In this document: positions 9,234-19,057 of the stretch, piece by piece
Numbering within the stretch: the first letter of the stretch is position 1
How the letters are laid out: each line of letters starts with the position of its first letter
IMG/VR virus record: IMGVR_UViG_3300012940_001461
Location: 1-35,982 of that record
Length of the DNA: 35,982 nucleotides
Strand: one strand, 5' to 3'
From: a virus
Lineage: Duplodnaviria; Caudoviricetes
Translations under genes and position numbers: made by a program
The notes under the pieces: generated by a model
Seen by the model: only the letters and a program-made list of their open reading frames with translations
Told to the model about the DNA's origin: nothing
Databases searched by the model: none

Positions 9234-9976
9234 CAGGTGAACATCGGGAATGATTGCCCGCCCTGCATGAAGGTTGACACGTTGCCGCCAGCCGTGGGGC
9301 TGCTGAACGAGGAACCGCCAAGCCCACCGCTGCCGATGAAGCGACCAAGAAGGTTAGTGCCGGTATTCAACAGATTTCCCCAGCCAGCGGCCTCAGCGTT
9401 CGCACCAGCAACCATGCCCTGCCCGATAGTCGGCGCCGCTCCGTATTGCTGCTGAGCGCCTTGCAGGTTCGCCCCCAACCGGCCAGTGTAGCCCTGCTGC
9501 TGTACACCCGTCTGCGCACCAGTCGCCTGCAAGCCCTGCTGGCCAAGCGCCATCAGGCGCTGCAGATAATTGCCATAGGATTGGTCAGCGAGATTGGCAC
9601 CACGGTCCTGCAATGCCTTAAGCGTTGCGCCGGATTGAAGTGTACCGCGTGATGCTGCCGAGTTATCGACAGCCTTGATGCCTTCGCTAACCTGATAGCC
9701 GTACCCAGGGTCAGCCCTGAAATTCGAGAACGCTGTGGACTGAGCGTCCGCGCCATTCAAACCAAGAAGATCATAAAGCGTGTTCTGCGCCCGAGTGCCG
9801 CCCGTGACATACGGATCGTAGTTCCGCGAGATGCCAAGTATGCCGGAAAGATAATCATTGCCGGCCGCGCGTGAGCTGTCCGCCGCAGCCATCTGCTTGC
9901 GGTACTGGTCCGCGGCCGCAGCATTTGCAGCATCTGCACCTGCAGACCCCGTAATGGTATCCCAGAACGATGCCAT
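9233..9976 (-). CDS. DNA-transfer/pilot protein (P22 gp7-like)
   Basis: PYVTGG, DPGYGYQ, SAASRGTLQSGATLKAL motifs; Gly/Ala/Gln rich. Confidence 0.75.
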   Translation of the reverse strand: MASFWDTITGSAGADAANAAAADQYRKQMAAADSSRAAGNDYLSGILGISRNYDPYVTGGTRAQNTLYDLLGLNGADAQSTAFSNFRADPGYGYQVSEGIKAVDNSAASRGTLQSGATLKALQDRGANLADQSYGNYLQRLMALGQQGLQATGAQTGVQQQGYTGRLGANLQGAQQQYGAAPTIGQGMVAGANAEAAGWGNLLNTGTNLLGRFIGSGGLGGSSFSSPTAGGNVSTFMQGGQSFPMFT

Positions 9977-10162
9977 TTAGCTCTCCTGCTGGCCGCTATT
10001 TCTATCGGCCTGCAAAATCTCGTTTATCTTCTCGATGACGTCAGAAAGCGTTGCGCCAGCGCTCAAATCAGCAACTCGAGCGCGCTTACGCCTCCAAAGC
10101 TTGTCCAGAAACGATTGATGCTCTGGATCAAGAACAGTGGATGGGACGGGTGATCGGCTCAT
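9977..10162 (-). CDS. Small virion protein
   Basis: Coupled to gp10-like gene by ATGA overlap. Confidence 0.55.
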   Translation of the reverse strand: MSRSPVPSTVLDPEHQSFLDKLWRRKRARVADLSAGATLSDVIEKINEILQADRNSGQQES

Positions 10163-11556
10163 CGGCGTAACGGGCGAGCCTGCACATCAACCTGAGCCAA
10201 AGCCCGGCCAACGGGATCTGACATCGCCAGCTCCATCACCATGCCTTGAGGTCCGCACTTGCCGAGACGGCGGGTCGTGACGCGGCCATATTCACCACGC
10301 TTGCCGGTCTTCAAATGCCGTTCGAACGCAATGGAGTTGCCGCCATCCTTATAGACGCGGAACATCAACAGTGGGTCATGTCCTAACGCGGACGGGCTCG
10401 TGACGCCTTGACCTGTCACCCAATCCAGATGGACGGCATCGACAATGCCGCCATTTGGGAACACGTTGAGAGTCGGGAACTTGATCCGCGCAACCTGAAC
10501 GCCGCCGGCCTCTGTATTGACCGTCTCGTCCATGTAATAGAGGTTGCCGGTCAGCCGGTCGCCAACAACCACCTTTCCCCACGCAGCAAATGCATTATTA
10601 TGCCGCCACGTTTCCTGTGCGTATGTCTCCCGGTCATGCCATTGCTTTGTGTTGGCGTCGTAAACCTTCGACCAATCAGAGCCCTTCAATTCTACGAACG
10701 CGTGGCCGGCGCGCGTCCAACTCTGCGCTTCGATAGCAGACGGGTCCGGTTCGCTTTGAATAAGCCGCTCAACCTCATGGTTGGATATGCGAATAGGCTG
10801 AAAGCCATTCAGGCGGTAATAAATCCCGTCCTCACCTAACCAGGTGACTGAATTGTCGAAATTCGCAATCGTCCACTTGCCGGCACAGCCCCGGGGAATC
10901 ACCGCCGGCATCGGCTCGAAAACAGCATCCGTGGTGGTGTTCTTCCACGGTTCGATGGTTCTTTGACCGAACAGGAGAAGATATCCACCCCAAGACCAGC
11001 CGGCGACGAGATTGTCGCTTGCCTGCTCTGCTGTCGCAAAGCTAAGGGCATCGATCGATGCAGCCTCATTTATCTCCGACCAGAAGAACCGCCCATCTCT
11101 CAAGATGAAGATGATGCGCTGGTTGCACTCTGTAATATCTTCCACGTTAGGCAGATCGTCATCCGTAATGACGGATATCGCATTGCCCTCGATCACGTAG
11201 ACACCGGTATTGACCCGGATAACAGTCTGCGGCGTAATCTTCTGGTTCTGAACCAGCCGCGCTTTGTCAATGCCGGGGACGACACCAATGCTGGTCGCAA
11301 CCCCGCTGGAATTGACTGTCAGCGCACGGCCTGAATGAATCGATATCGCGAGGTCGAGCTTTTCAGAATACAATGTTCCGCGGCATGGCGTGTCAGCGAC
11401 AGAAGAAAACAGCGTAGAGCCATCGCTCGGGACGATGACATATTTCGCCCTGCCGTTGTCTTCCCGAATTTCAGCGAAGCAATTGACGAGCTTCGCATCG
11501 CCAAGAAACCTATACTTGCCAGCCGCTGAACCGAATGGAGTGGCAACTGCGGTCAT
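10159..11556 (-). CDS. Packaged-DNA stabilisation/tail hub protein (P22 gp10-like)
   Basis: FATAEQASD, LFGQRTIEPW, RISNHEVE, YDANTKQWH, DGG motifs; 465 aa; position after gp4-like gene. Confidence 0.85.
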   Translation of the reverse strand: MTAVATPFGSAAGKYRFLGDAKLVNCFAEIREDNGRAKYVIVPSDGSTLFSSVADTPCRGTLYSEKLDLAISIHSGRALTVNSSGVATSIGVVPGIDKARLVQNQKITPQTVIRVNTGVYVIEGNAISVITDDDLPNVEDITECNQRIIFILRDGRFFWSEINEAASIDALSFATAEQASDNLVAGWSWGGYLLLFGQRTIEPWKNTTTDAVFEPMPAVIPRGCAGKWTIANFDNSVTWLGEDGIYYRLNGFQPIRISNHEVERLIQSEPDPSAIEAQSWTRAGHAFVELKGSDWSKVYDANTKQWHDRETYAQETWRHNNAFAAWGKVVVGDRLTGNLYYMDETVNTEAGGVQVARIKFPTLNVFPNGGIVDAVHLDWVTGQGVTSPSALGHDPLLMFRVYKDGGNSIAFERHLKTGKRGEYGRVTTRRLGKCGPQGMVMELAMSDPVGRALAQVDVQARPLRR

Positions 11557-11909
11557 TAATAATAATCAACCTTCGCGACAGCGCCAGTCGCCCGTTTCGC
11601 CGACAGAATGCGAAGCGTTTTTTCAACCTCACGCATGGCAAGCGTTGCCGATGCAACATCCGTCAAGCCAAAGGATGGCGCGATGGCAAGACCAATGCGC
11701 CTTGACAGAATGGTGAAATACTCGACCGGAACATCGAGTTCTGACCCGTTCCAGATCGGCATCCCAATCGCGGACAGCATCTGAACTTCCGATGTAACGG
11801 TCTCTTTGGCCCAAGCCTGATCGGAAGCAGAGGGTGTTTCATCGGCGCCGACCAGGCCAAGGTCTTTAAGAACGCGGGTCGCCAAGTCTGACAGCGTATA
11901 TGTCGTCAT
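11556..11909 (-). CDS. Head-to-tail adaptor (P22 gp4-like)
   Basis: DL..RVLKDLG.V...ETPS...LAIAPSFG pattern; position. Confidence 0.7.
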   Translation of the reverse strand: MTTYTLSDLATRVLKDLGLVGADETPSASDQAWAKETVTSEVQMLSAIGMPIWNGSELDVPVEYFTILSRRIGLAIAPSFGLTDVASATLAMREVEKTLRILSAKRATGAVAKVDYY

Positions 11910-11926
11910 CGACAACCCGCCTGGTA

Positions 11927-12382
11927 TTACGGAACGTAATAGAACACGACCACAGATGTCGTACCGGTGCCGCCGGTGGCAGCATCGGTATTCACAACGC
12001 CTTGGATGATCGTTTCGGCGTTAAACGTTACCGGGCCATCCGTCAGGAGCTTGCCCTGGAGCGGAATGCAGATGCCGGCAGTACCAAGATGAACGCTGGT
12101 ATCGCCAGTGATGACGCCGAGATTGCCGAACCCGTCCGGATCAGCAGCGTCAACACCGTTTGCCGCCCAGCCAATGTCCATATCCAGCTCTTCCGTGCCG
12201 GTATCAAGATCATCGCCATAGAACCAGCCGCTAACGACAACCGCACCCTTGGGGATGCGGCAGTAATCGATGGTGGTTGTTGCGGCCAGATTGGTTGCGT
12301 GCTCATACGTGCCATGAGCAACGCGGAGGACGCCCGTGCCCGGGACAGGGAACGTGGCAGAAGCGCGTGCAGATGCTACCAT
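11927..12382 (-). CDS. Capsid decoration/cement protein
   Basis: Directly after MCP; IPKGAVV...DDLDTG...DIG...DPDGF jelly-roll-like pattern; AGGAG RBS. Confidence 0.6.
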   Translation of the reverse strand: MVASARASATFPVPGTGVLRVAHGTYEHATNLAATTTIDYCRIPKGAVVVSGWFYGDDLDTGTEELDMDIGWAANGVDAADPDGFGNLGVITGDTSVHLGTAGICIPLQGKLLTDGPVTFNAETIIQGVVNTDAATGGTGTTSVVVFYYVP

Positions 12383-12397
12383 TGTTTGCTTCTCCTA

Positions 12398-13516
12398 TTA
12401 GCTGGCGGTCGAGCTGGCGAAGAAGCCGGTGAGCACGCCATGGTCCTTGGGATCGGTGCGGTCATCCGCGCCGGTGCCGAAGGTCATCTTGTCGATGCCA
12501 TAGATGGCTTCGATGGCGATGCCCTTCTTGTCGCCGTAGTCGAAGGTCTGCTCCTTCGAGGTCCAGCGCTTCGCATAGGCCGCGCCGACTGCCTGAGCGC
12601 CAGTGAAGTAACAGGGCACAACAGTCCCCGCTGAATCGCCCAGGCCGGTCAGCGTCGAATACTCGTAGAGGTCATGGTCCTCCTTGATGATGACGCCGTT
12701 CCAGAGGAGATCGCCACCCTTGAAGAGACGGTTGTTCTCCATCTCGACCGAGACTTCACGCTGCGCCTGCCGCAGCGCCGTGTCCTTCTTCAGATCACGA
12801 AACGCCAGCGGATGGGCATACAGAACGAAGTAATGGCGGCCATTCGATTCAGCGCGAACCGGACGGATCTTCGGGTTTGCCTTGTTCAGAGCGATGAACT
12901 TCATCTCATCGATTGCGTCAATGGTCAGAAGCTCGGCTGATGTGCCGGCCGTAAGGGTTGCAAGACCAGCCGAAAGATCGGTCATGGCCGTATAGGCATT
13001 GTTGCCGAAGAACACGCGGTCGCTGTTGTCGACGAGCCACGCATCAAGGGCGGTCTGATTGCCGGCCGCGCCAACCGCAGCAGCGGTCATTTCGATGCCG
13101 TTCATGCGGCCAAGCGCACGCGTAACAAGGCGCTCGGTATCCTTCAGCGACCACTCCTTCAGCGTGGCCTTGCCGGCCTCACGAAGGGAAATCGCGGAAA
13201 ACTGCTCGTCGATTTCGGCAACACGCACGCCATTGCGGCGCTTGTTGACCGTAACCTCGCAGGAACGAGAGGCCATATCCTCTTCGTTTCCTTCCAGGAC
13301 ATCGCGGCCAGTCACCGCATCGTTGGTCAGCTTATTGACCAAGGCAAAGTTGATGCGATCGCCGGGCTTCTTGGTCAGGTTTTCCTTGACCTGAATGATG
13401 TTATTTTCCGACGTACCCATTTCGCCGGCATAACGGTTCTCGGTCAGGTACTCGACAAAGTACTGGCTATCCCACTGCTCTACAGTGAGGCCAGTTGCAA
13501 CGCGCGTATCAGACAT
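12398..13516 (-). CDS. Major capsid protein (N4-gp56/DUF4043-like)
   Basis: LTKKPGDRI, LEGNEE, HPLAFRDLK, GAQAVG, DYG, DHGV motifs. Confidence 0.88.
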   Translation of the reverse strand: MSDTRVATGLTVEQWDSQYFVEYLTENRYAGEMGTSENNIIQVKENLTKKPGDRINFALVNKLTNDAVTGRDVLEGNEEDMASRSCEVTVNKRRNGVRVAEIDEQFSAISLREAGKATLKEWSLKDTERLVTRALGRMNGIEMTAAAVGAAGNQTALDAWLVDNSDRVFFGNNAYTAMTDLSAGLATLTAGTSAELLTIDAIDEMKFIALNKANPKIRPVRAESNGRHYFVLYAHPLAFRDLKKDTALRQAQREVSVEMENNRLFKGGDLLWNGVIIKEDHDLYEYSTLTGLGDSAGTVVPCYFTGAQAVGAAYAKRWTSKEQTFDYGDKKGIAIEAIYGIDKMTFGTGADDRTDPKDHGVLTGFFASSTAS

Positions 13517-13517
13517 T

Positions 13518-13540
13518 GATGTCGTTCCTTCTGCGACATC
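13518..13540 (-). promoter_or_regulatory. Hairpin holding the MCP Shine-Dalgarno in its loop
   Basis: GATGTCG-CAGAAGGAA-CGACATC ends 1 nt before MCP ATG. Confidence 0.45.
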
Positions 13541-13551
13541 TTCCGCGCATT

Positions 13552-13575
13552 AAAAAACCGCCTCAAAGGGCGGCT
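13552..13575 (-). terminator. Putative intrinsic terminator between scaffold and MCP
   Basis: Minus strand AGCCGCCC-TTT-GAGGCGG-TTTTTT hairpin with T6. Confidence 0.6.
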
Positions 13576-14371
13576 ATCGCTTGAAGATGTCGTTGATTGT
13601 CGGTGGACCGGCCCACGCAGGACCGGAGCGATTGCCAACATTTCGGGCGCCTGCAAGGTTGCTCGGCATCACCGACGGTGCTGGCTGTTGCTGCTGCGGC
13701 TTGTTCGGATCGATCCCGTACTTTTCGAGAATGCGCGCCTCGATCTCGGCTTCCTTTGCAGCCGGGTCGAATGTTCGCTTCTCGTACCAATCCAACCCCA
13801 CTTTCATGGGATCAGGGGACGCCCTCATTTGCGCCGCAAGCGTTGCGATTTCAGGATCGTTGCTCGACATGGCGTCCTGAACATACTTTTCAAACGCCGA
13901 GACCTTCTCTGCTCCATACTGCTGAATTGCAGTCAGACGCAGGATCTGCGACTCAAGCGACATGAATTTCTGTTCGAGCGGATTTACTCGCTGATCGATA
14001 TGGTATCCGGTCGCAGCGCCTGGATTCTCCCACCAGTCCGGTGGGGCTTGTTGCGCCTGCTGTGGCTTGATCGTCTCAATGAGCTGCGCCATGCGGCGCT
14101 CCCATTGAGCATTGGTTTCCTGCAATTGCTTGCGGAAATCAGCCACTTCTTCAGTGTAACGCTTGACCTTCTGCCTTTCAGCGTGAAGCGCTTCATGCGG
14201 GACCATCTTCTGGCCCTGCGGCTGCGTTTCGCGCTCTCCACCTTCCGGCGGATTGCTTTCGGCCTGCCCGGAGACTTGCGTCTCCTGCGTTACCTGCTCC
14301 TGATTTGCTTCCGGCTGTTCGGGCACGGCTTCGCCGTTACCGGACAGGATATCGTCCAGTGATTTCGTCAT
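13574..14371 (-). CDS. Capsid scaffolding protein
   Basis: Between portal and MCP; acidic N-terminus, VPHEALHAERQK coiled coil, PSNLA...GP..I.DIF tail. Confidence 0.8.
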   Translation of the reverse strand: MTKSLDDILSGNGEAVPEQPEANQEQVTQETQVSGQAESNPPEGGERETQPQGQKMVPHEALHAERQKVKRYTEEVADFRKQLQETNAQWERRMAQLIETIKPQQAQQAPPDWWENPGAATGYHIDQRVNPLEQKFMSLESQILRLTAIQQYGAEKVSAFEKYVQDAMSSNDPEIATLAAQMRASPDPMKVGLDWYEKRTFDPAAKEAEIEARILEKYGIDPNKPQQQQPAPSVMPSNLAGARNVGNRSGPAWAGPPTINDIFKR

Positions 14372-14431
14372 GTCATCCTGTTAGTGTGTCTGGTCACATA
14401 CGCCCGAGACAGCGGCGGCCTGATCGCCCGA

Positions 14432-16450
14432 TTACCCGGCGGCGGCTTGCGGTCGAGCCTTAAATTGCTCTGCCCGCATTTTGCGATCCTCAGCGCGGTC
14501 ACGCGCCTCCTGCATCGCAATCTGTGGAGCCAACTCGGCCTCGCGCTGGACCTTGTATGCGTCCGCGCGCTTCTTTTCCGTGTCGGCGTTTGTGTTTTCA
14601 ATGTCGGCCATGGCCTGCATGTTCTGCAGATCAGCCGGCACCTGATATTCCATCTGTTGTGGCTGGCCTGGTTGGCCCATTGCAGCCATCGGTGCAATCC
14701 TCGCATCAGCGAGAGCTTTCTGCGCCTGCGCATTTTTGAGGACTGCGGATTGCTCTTTTTCTGCAACCTCAGCCTGTGCGCCACGCTGCTGAAGCTCTGC
14801 TTGTGGGTTCGGCTGGTTCAGCCTCTCCAAAAGCTTGTCCTTGTTCTTCAGGTTAGGCGCCGCCTCGATCAGAACATCGGTCGGGAATGTGCCGGGCTTG
14901 GCCTTCTCAAGCTCAATGATGGCTTCCCACTGCTCAAGGGCTGGCGTAACGGCATCCGGGGCATCGTTGATGATGATGTCGCAATCCAGTTCGGCTACGT
15001 TCGAAATATAGCCTGATATCTGCTGCGCCATCTGCGGATTGGTCTGCGCAATCATCTGCAACTGCTCGGGCGGCATGTTCATCACCACCCACTTCACATT
15101 TCTTTCGTCGTCCGTGACGCGGACCCATTTTTCCGCCGTCCAGAATTGACGAATGCGATACCAGACCGCGCGGAACACTCGCAGATCAAGATCGCGCAGA
15201 TTGTCCAAAAGCTCTCCAATTTCCATCATGCCACCCTGCTGGCTGGCGATAATGGCTTTACCGGACGCGGCGCTCGATCCTTGCGCCTTTTCGCCCATCA
15301 TTGTGGCGTTCGGGCCGCGAAGGTCTATTTCGTTCTTGGACTCCTGAAGGAGCTGGAATTGCGCCGTTGCAAGTTCGAGGTTTGTCTCGATCTTGATAGC
15401 GCCGTTGGCCATCGCTCCAGGATTGGACTTCGGCATGCCATCCGGCCGCATAACCTCCTTGCGATACGCCTCCGGATCGTCAATCGCCCCCTCTTCCCAG
15501 AAGATCTGGCGCGTGCTGAGCAGATGCAGCGCTTTGGATCGGCGCTTGTTCACCTCGTCCTGCGGCGAAATCATCTCCCGGACGATTCCGTACCGATTAT
15601 TATCTCGATCAACATAGCCGGATGCGAAAATCAGACCGCAATCGCTCTCGCCCTTGTCCGTGACATAAGGCGATGGGCCGGCTTTCAGAATCCCGCCCTT
15701 GGTGTACTCAGCGAAATACCATTGACCTCCGCGCTTCAGCCAAATCTGACAGATACGAATGCGCTTGCGCTTCTTGTCGGCCCACAATCTGAATTTCGGC
15801 TTGTCGTCGTATGTTTCGGACAGGTTGCCGCGCTCGGCCATCGTGGCATCGAGCTTGTCCTTGCCGTCCGGATACAGCAACACGGCATCGTCATAGTCCA
15901 TCCAAATGACGCTGCCGAGATAGCCGGCATCCGAGAAATCCGCCTCTGCGGAGTGCGGGTCCCAGAAGGCCCTATCCCAAGGAATGCGCTGGATGACGAC
16001 GCAATAGCCATCGTAACGCTGTTCAACGCGAACATCGAACCCGCCAGCGCCTTCGACAATCAGGTTGCGCCAAAGCGCAGACCGCTTGCGGTCGTATCGC
16101 TCGGCATCTGTGGCATATTTCAGAGCCTGAGAAGCACCGTCCGCATCGTTGGCGTGCTGCGGGGTTCGCGGGAATGCCTTCGGATCAATCCTACGCTCAA
16201 TCTCCAACCCGACCAGGAACTCGATCTTGCCTTTGATCCGATTGATCACAACAGGCGGTTGACCGCGCTTCTTGAGCGTCGCAACCTCTTCGTCGGAAAG
16301 CTGTTTGTTGTCTACATAGTCCCGGTCACGCTCGGAAAGCTTGCGCGACTCATACGTCGCTTCCTCAGCTTCCTCGAACATGCGAACGAGATCGGCCACG
16401 TCGAGTAAGCCGTCGCCGGCTTCGCTCTCGGCCTTTACAGCGTTTTCCAA
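14432..16450 (-). CDS. Portal protein (P22-like)
   Basis: RGQPPVVINRI, DPH..D.SDA.Y, YGIVREMISPQDEVNKRRSK, SGKAI motifs; TTG start approximate. Confidence 0.92.
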   Translation of the reverse strand: MENAVKAESEAGDGLLDVADLVRMFEEAEEATYESRKLSERDRDYVDNKQLSDEEVATLKKRGQPPVVINRIKGKIEFLVGLEIERRIDPKAFPRTPQHANDADGASQALKYATDAERYDRKRSALWRNLIVEGAGGFDVRVEQRYDGYCVVIQRIPWDRAFWDPHSAEADFSDAGYLGSVIWMDYDDAVLLYPDGKDKLDATMAERGNLSETYDDKPKFRLWADKKRKRIRICQIWLKRGGQWYFAEYTKGGILKAGPSPYVTDKGESDCGLIFASGYVDRDNNRYGIVREMISPQDEVNKRRSKALHLLSTRQIFWEEGAIDDPEAYRKEVMRPDGMPKSNPGAMANGAIKIETNLELATAQFQLLQESKNEIDLRGPNATMMGEKAQGSSAASGKAIIASQQGGMMEIGELLDNLRDLDLRVFRAVWYRIRQFWTAEKWVRVTDDERNVKWVVMNMPPEQLQMIAQTNPQMAQQISGYISNVAELDCDIIINDAPDAVTPALEQWEAIIELEKAKPGTFPTDVLIEAAPNLKNKDKLLERLNQPNPQAELQQRGAQAEVAEKEQSAVLKNAQAQKALADARIAPMAAMGQPGQPQQMEYQVPADLQNMQAMADIENTNADTEKKRADAYKVQREAELAPQIAMQEARDRAEDRKMRAEQFKARPQAAAG

Positions 16451-17907
16451 TTCAATGCGCCCTCATCGGCGAATGCTGCGTCCCAGCGGTCCCGCATTGG
16501 CTTTTCAGCCGGGCGCTGCTTGATCCCAGACACCATCTTGTCCAAGAGTTGGCCCACAAGACCCAGTGCGTCTACCTGGTCGTCATGCTTGCCGGCCGGG
16601 AAGCTCAATAGCTCAGATCTGAAAGCCGGGAACCACGGCGCAGCATGATCCACATAGAGGCCGTCAAGCTCCATGCGGCCACGAATGGACTGCGCCCGGA
16701 CGGCTTTATCGCCTCGCGTCGGGAACGGCTCACGCACGCAGTAGGCTTGCAATTCACGCTGACGCTTCTGAATGAACGGCCCAATGCCAGAGCGAATCTG
16801 CCCCTGCTCTTCCGCCCAGCTCATCGGCCGCCACTTTTTGACCAAGTGGCAGAATGCCTCGACCCACTCGTTTGACGAAGCCTGCTTGCGCCAAAGGTCC
16901 AGCAGATACATCCGGCCTTCAGGATCGATGCCGACAACCACGTGAACCGTGTAATCGCCGCCGTCCGCCGTGACCGCGTAATCGCTGGCTCCGTAGACCC
17001 TAAGCGTTTCCTTCGCTGGCGCCTGTTCGTATGGCCGCAGCCAGTCCGATTTGAAATAGTCGCCCTCTTCCGGGGCCGGCGCCTGCTGATACAGCGCCGA
17101 CCACATCATCGGCGTGGATTCTTTCTGGCGCTGCCTCAGATATGCGCCGTAATTGTACCCGCCCGGATCATCCCAGAGATATTCGCCCGGCTTACGGCCA
17201 AGCGGATCGCCTTCCATCGCAATGGCGGGGATACAAAGCACCCTAGCCTTCAGGATGCCTTTGGCGACCTGCTCAAGAACGCGACCGGCAATGTCCTCTT
17301 CATGCCAGCGCGTGTGCATGATCACGCGACGAGCGCCCGGTTTCAGACGGGCTGAAAAGTCATCGATGTACCAGTCCCACCGCTTCGACCGGACGGTTTC
17401 CGACCAAGCATCTTCACGAGAACCGAACGGATCATCGATCAGACCCAGATCAGCACGAAAGCCAGAAATGCCGACACCTGCGCCGACGCCGTAATACTCC
17501 CCGCCAGATGTCAGCGCCCACCGCGCTGCGGCTTGATTGCTGGTATCCGGCGTTACGCCAAGGATCAGTGCATTCGCTGCAATATCGTTTCTGACCTTGC
17601 GGCCCCAACGCTCAGCGAACTCAACCGAGTGCGTCGCTGCCAACACGTTGTGCGACGGGTTGACAGCCATGTACCAGGCCGGAAACAGGTGCGAAACATA
17701 GGTGGACTTCGCAGACCCAGGCGGAGCGAAAATCAGCAGATTGTCGTTCTCGCCCCTCGCGATAGCTTCAAGTTCAGCAATGATCAGCTTGTGATGCGCT
17801 GCGGGCTCAAAGCCCATCAACCTCGCGTATTCAGTTAAGCTGCTGCGGATCGATCGGCGCCTCAGCAGTTCCTTCGCTGCCTCCGACCGCGATACTTGCA
17901 AGTTCAT
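16435..17907 (-). CDS. terL: Phage terminase large subunit
   Basis: Walker A PPGSAKST, Walker B LIDDP, TRWHEED, ALYQQ.P, SDYA, HDDQVDA; start uncertain (17907 or 17928). Confidence 0.95.
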   Translation of the reverse strand: MNLQVSRSEAAKELLRRRSIRSSLTEYARLMGFEPAAHHKLIIAELEAIARGENDNLLIFAPPGSAKSTYVSHLFPAWYMAVNPSHNVLAATHSVEFAERWGRKVRNDIAANALILGVTPDTSNQAAARWALTSGGEYYGVGAGVGISGFRADLGLIDDPFGSREDAWSETVRSKRWDWYIDDFSARLKPGARRVIMHTRWHEEDIAGRVLEQVAKGILKARVLCIPAIAMEGDPLGRKPGEYLWDDPGGYNYGAYLRQRQKESTPMMWSALYQQAPAPEEGDYFKSDWLRPYEQAPAKETLRVYGASDYAVTADGGDYTVHVVVGIDPEGRMYLLDLWRKQASSNEWVEAFCHLVKKWRPMSWAEEQGQIRSGIGPFIQKRQRELQAYCVREPFPTRGDKAVRAQSIRGRMELDGLYVDHAAPWFPAFRSELLSFPAGKHDDQVDALGLVGQLLDKMVSGIKQRPAEKPMRDRWDAAFADEGALNWKTL

Positions 17908-18118
17908 CGTCTGCCAGATCTTTCGCAATCATTTTGCGAACGTTCATATCGACGGTCTGCGCTGGCTTGCCCCAGCCGCGATCCAGAAGCGCCGTAGCAG
18001 CAGAAACACGCGCAGCGGCAGGAGCTTCCTCCTGCATCATTACGCCGGCCAAAACCTTGATCGCCTTATCCGTATAGGATCGCGCCAAAGACCGGATATC
18101 TGTTGGAGCTTTCGCCAT
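17831..18118 (-). CDS. Putative terminase small subunit
   Basis: ARVSAATALLDRGWGKP motif; overlaps terL start. Confidence 0.7.
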   Translation of the reverse strand: MAKAPTDIRSLARSYTDKAIKVLAGVMMQEEAPAAARVSAATALLDRGWGKPAQTVDMNVRKMIAKDLADDELASIAVGGSEGTAEAPIDPQQLN

Positions 18119-18162
18119 TTAGGAACTTTCAGTCAGCCCTCGCTAAGGGGCACTCACTCATG

Positions 18163-18186
18163 AAAAAGCCCGCGGTGAAGCGGGCT
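18163..18186 (-). terminator. Intrinsic terminator upstream of late operon
   Basis: AGCCCGC-TTCACC-GCGGGCT-TTTT on minus strand. Confidence 0.7.
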
Positions 18187-18275
18187 GTTGATCGGATATC
18201 CGACAGGGAAGAAGGCACAAGCCTCCCGGCGGGTGATGCTGCGGGAACCGGCCGCTATCCATTTGGTATGATTTG

Positions 18276-18551
18276 CTACGACTGCGCACCTAGATTTTTC
18301 CTAGGTTTTTCCTTGAGCGCCCGAACAGCTCTTGCAGCGGCGCGCCACGCATCCTGATAGACTCTGTTGCCAGAGCGCGCCTCAATGCATTGCGCAGCTT
18401 CTTCCAAGGCTTGCCGTCGAATTTCATCTAGCATTGATCGGTCTTCCTTATTTCGAAGACGCCGTATTTCTCCGACAAGAACCGACACCGTCTCGATCGT
18501 AACCGGCAAGACACCGTCAGGCCGATCAATCTCCTGCAGAACCTTTGTCAC
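18276..18551 (-). CDS. Hypothetical phage protein
   Basis: GTGA overlap with nusG-like gene; ALEEAA motif. Confidence 0.6.
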   Translation of the reverse strand: MTKVLQEIDRPDGVLPVTIETVSVLVGEIRRLRNKEDRSMLDEIRRQALEEAAQCIEARSGNRVYQDAWRAAARAVRALKEKPRKNLGAQS

Positions 18552-19057
18552 GCCGCCCTCACCAGGAAATCGTGCACGGTGCCGTAGGTACGGCTGTCCA
18601 GCACCTTGAAGCTGACCTTCCTGCCCTTAACGTTAGTCACGGTGGCGAGCATATCAGCGAATTCGCCTTCCATGACTCGGATGCGCGCACCAACGGCCAG
18701 CTTGCCCTTGGCGACCTCATCCCACTCCCCGGCCAATTGACGGCGGAGAAGATCTTCGACTTGGCGGGACGGGAAAGCGCTCGGGGTGCCGCACATTCCG
18801 ACAATGCCCTCCACGCCATTGACGCCGCGGATCGCGTGAAAGCCTTGGAGATCGGGATCGAGATGGACAAACAGATACCGGCCGAGCAAGGGCCGCTCTA
18901 CTGCCTTGCGGACGCGAGCGTGCGTCACCCACTTCCGGACTTTCGGCGTGAAGGTGCGATAGCCAAGAGATGCCAGTTCAAGCTCAGCGCGCCTCTGGCA
19001 GTTCGGATTTGTGATTGCGCAGTACCAGCGCGCGGTGTCGGAAAGACAGATGTCCAT
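18548..19057 (-). CDS. NusG-family transcription antiterminator (NGN + KOW)
   Basis: WYCAITNPNCQ, PLLGRYLFV, GVEGIV, KOW GARIRVMEGEFAD; TGATG coupling at 19057. Confidence 0.88.
   Translation of the reverse strand: MDICLSDTARWYCAITNPNCQRRAELELASLGYRTFTPKVRKWVTHARVRKAVERPLLGRYLFVHLDPDLQGFHAIRGVNGVEGIVGMCGTPSAFPSRQVEDLLRRQLAGEWDEVAKGKLAVGARIRVMEGEFADMLATVTNVKGRKVSFKVLDSRTYGTVHDFLVRAA

Noticed and set aside
11900-12634. 244-aa plus-strand ORF
   Set aside because: Antisense shadow of decoration/capsid genes
15146-16408. 420-aa plus-strand ORF
   Set aside because: Antisense shadow of the portal gene; no motifs
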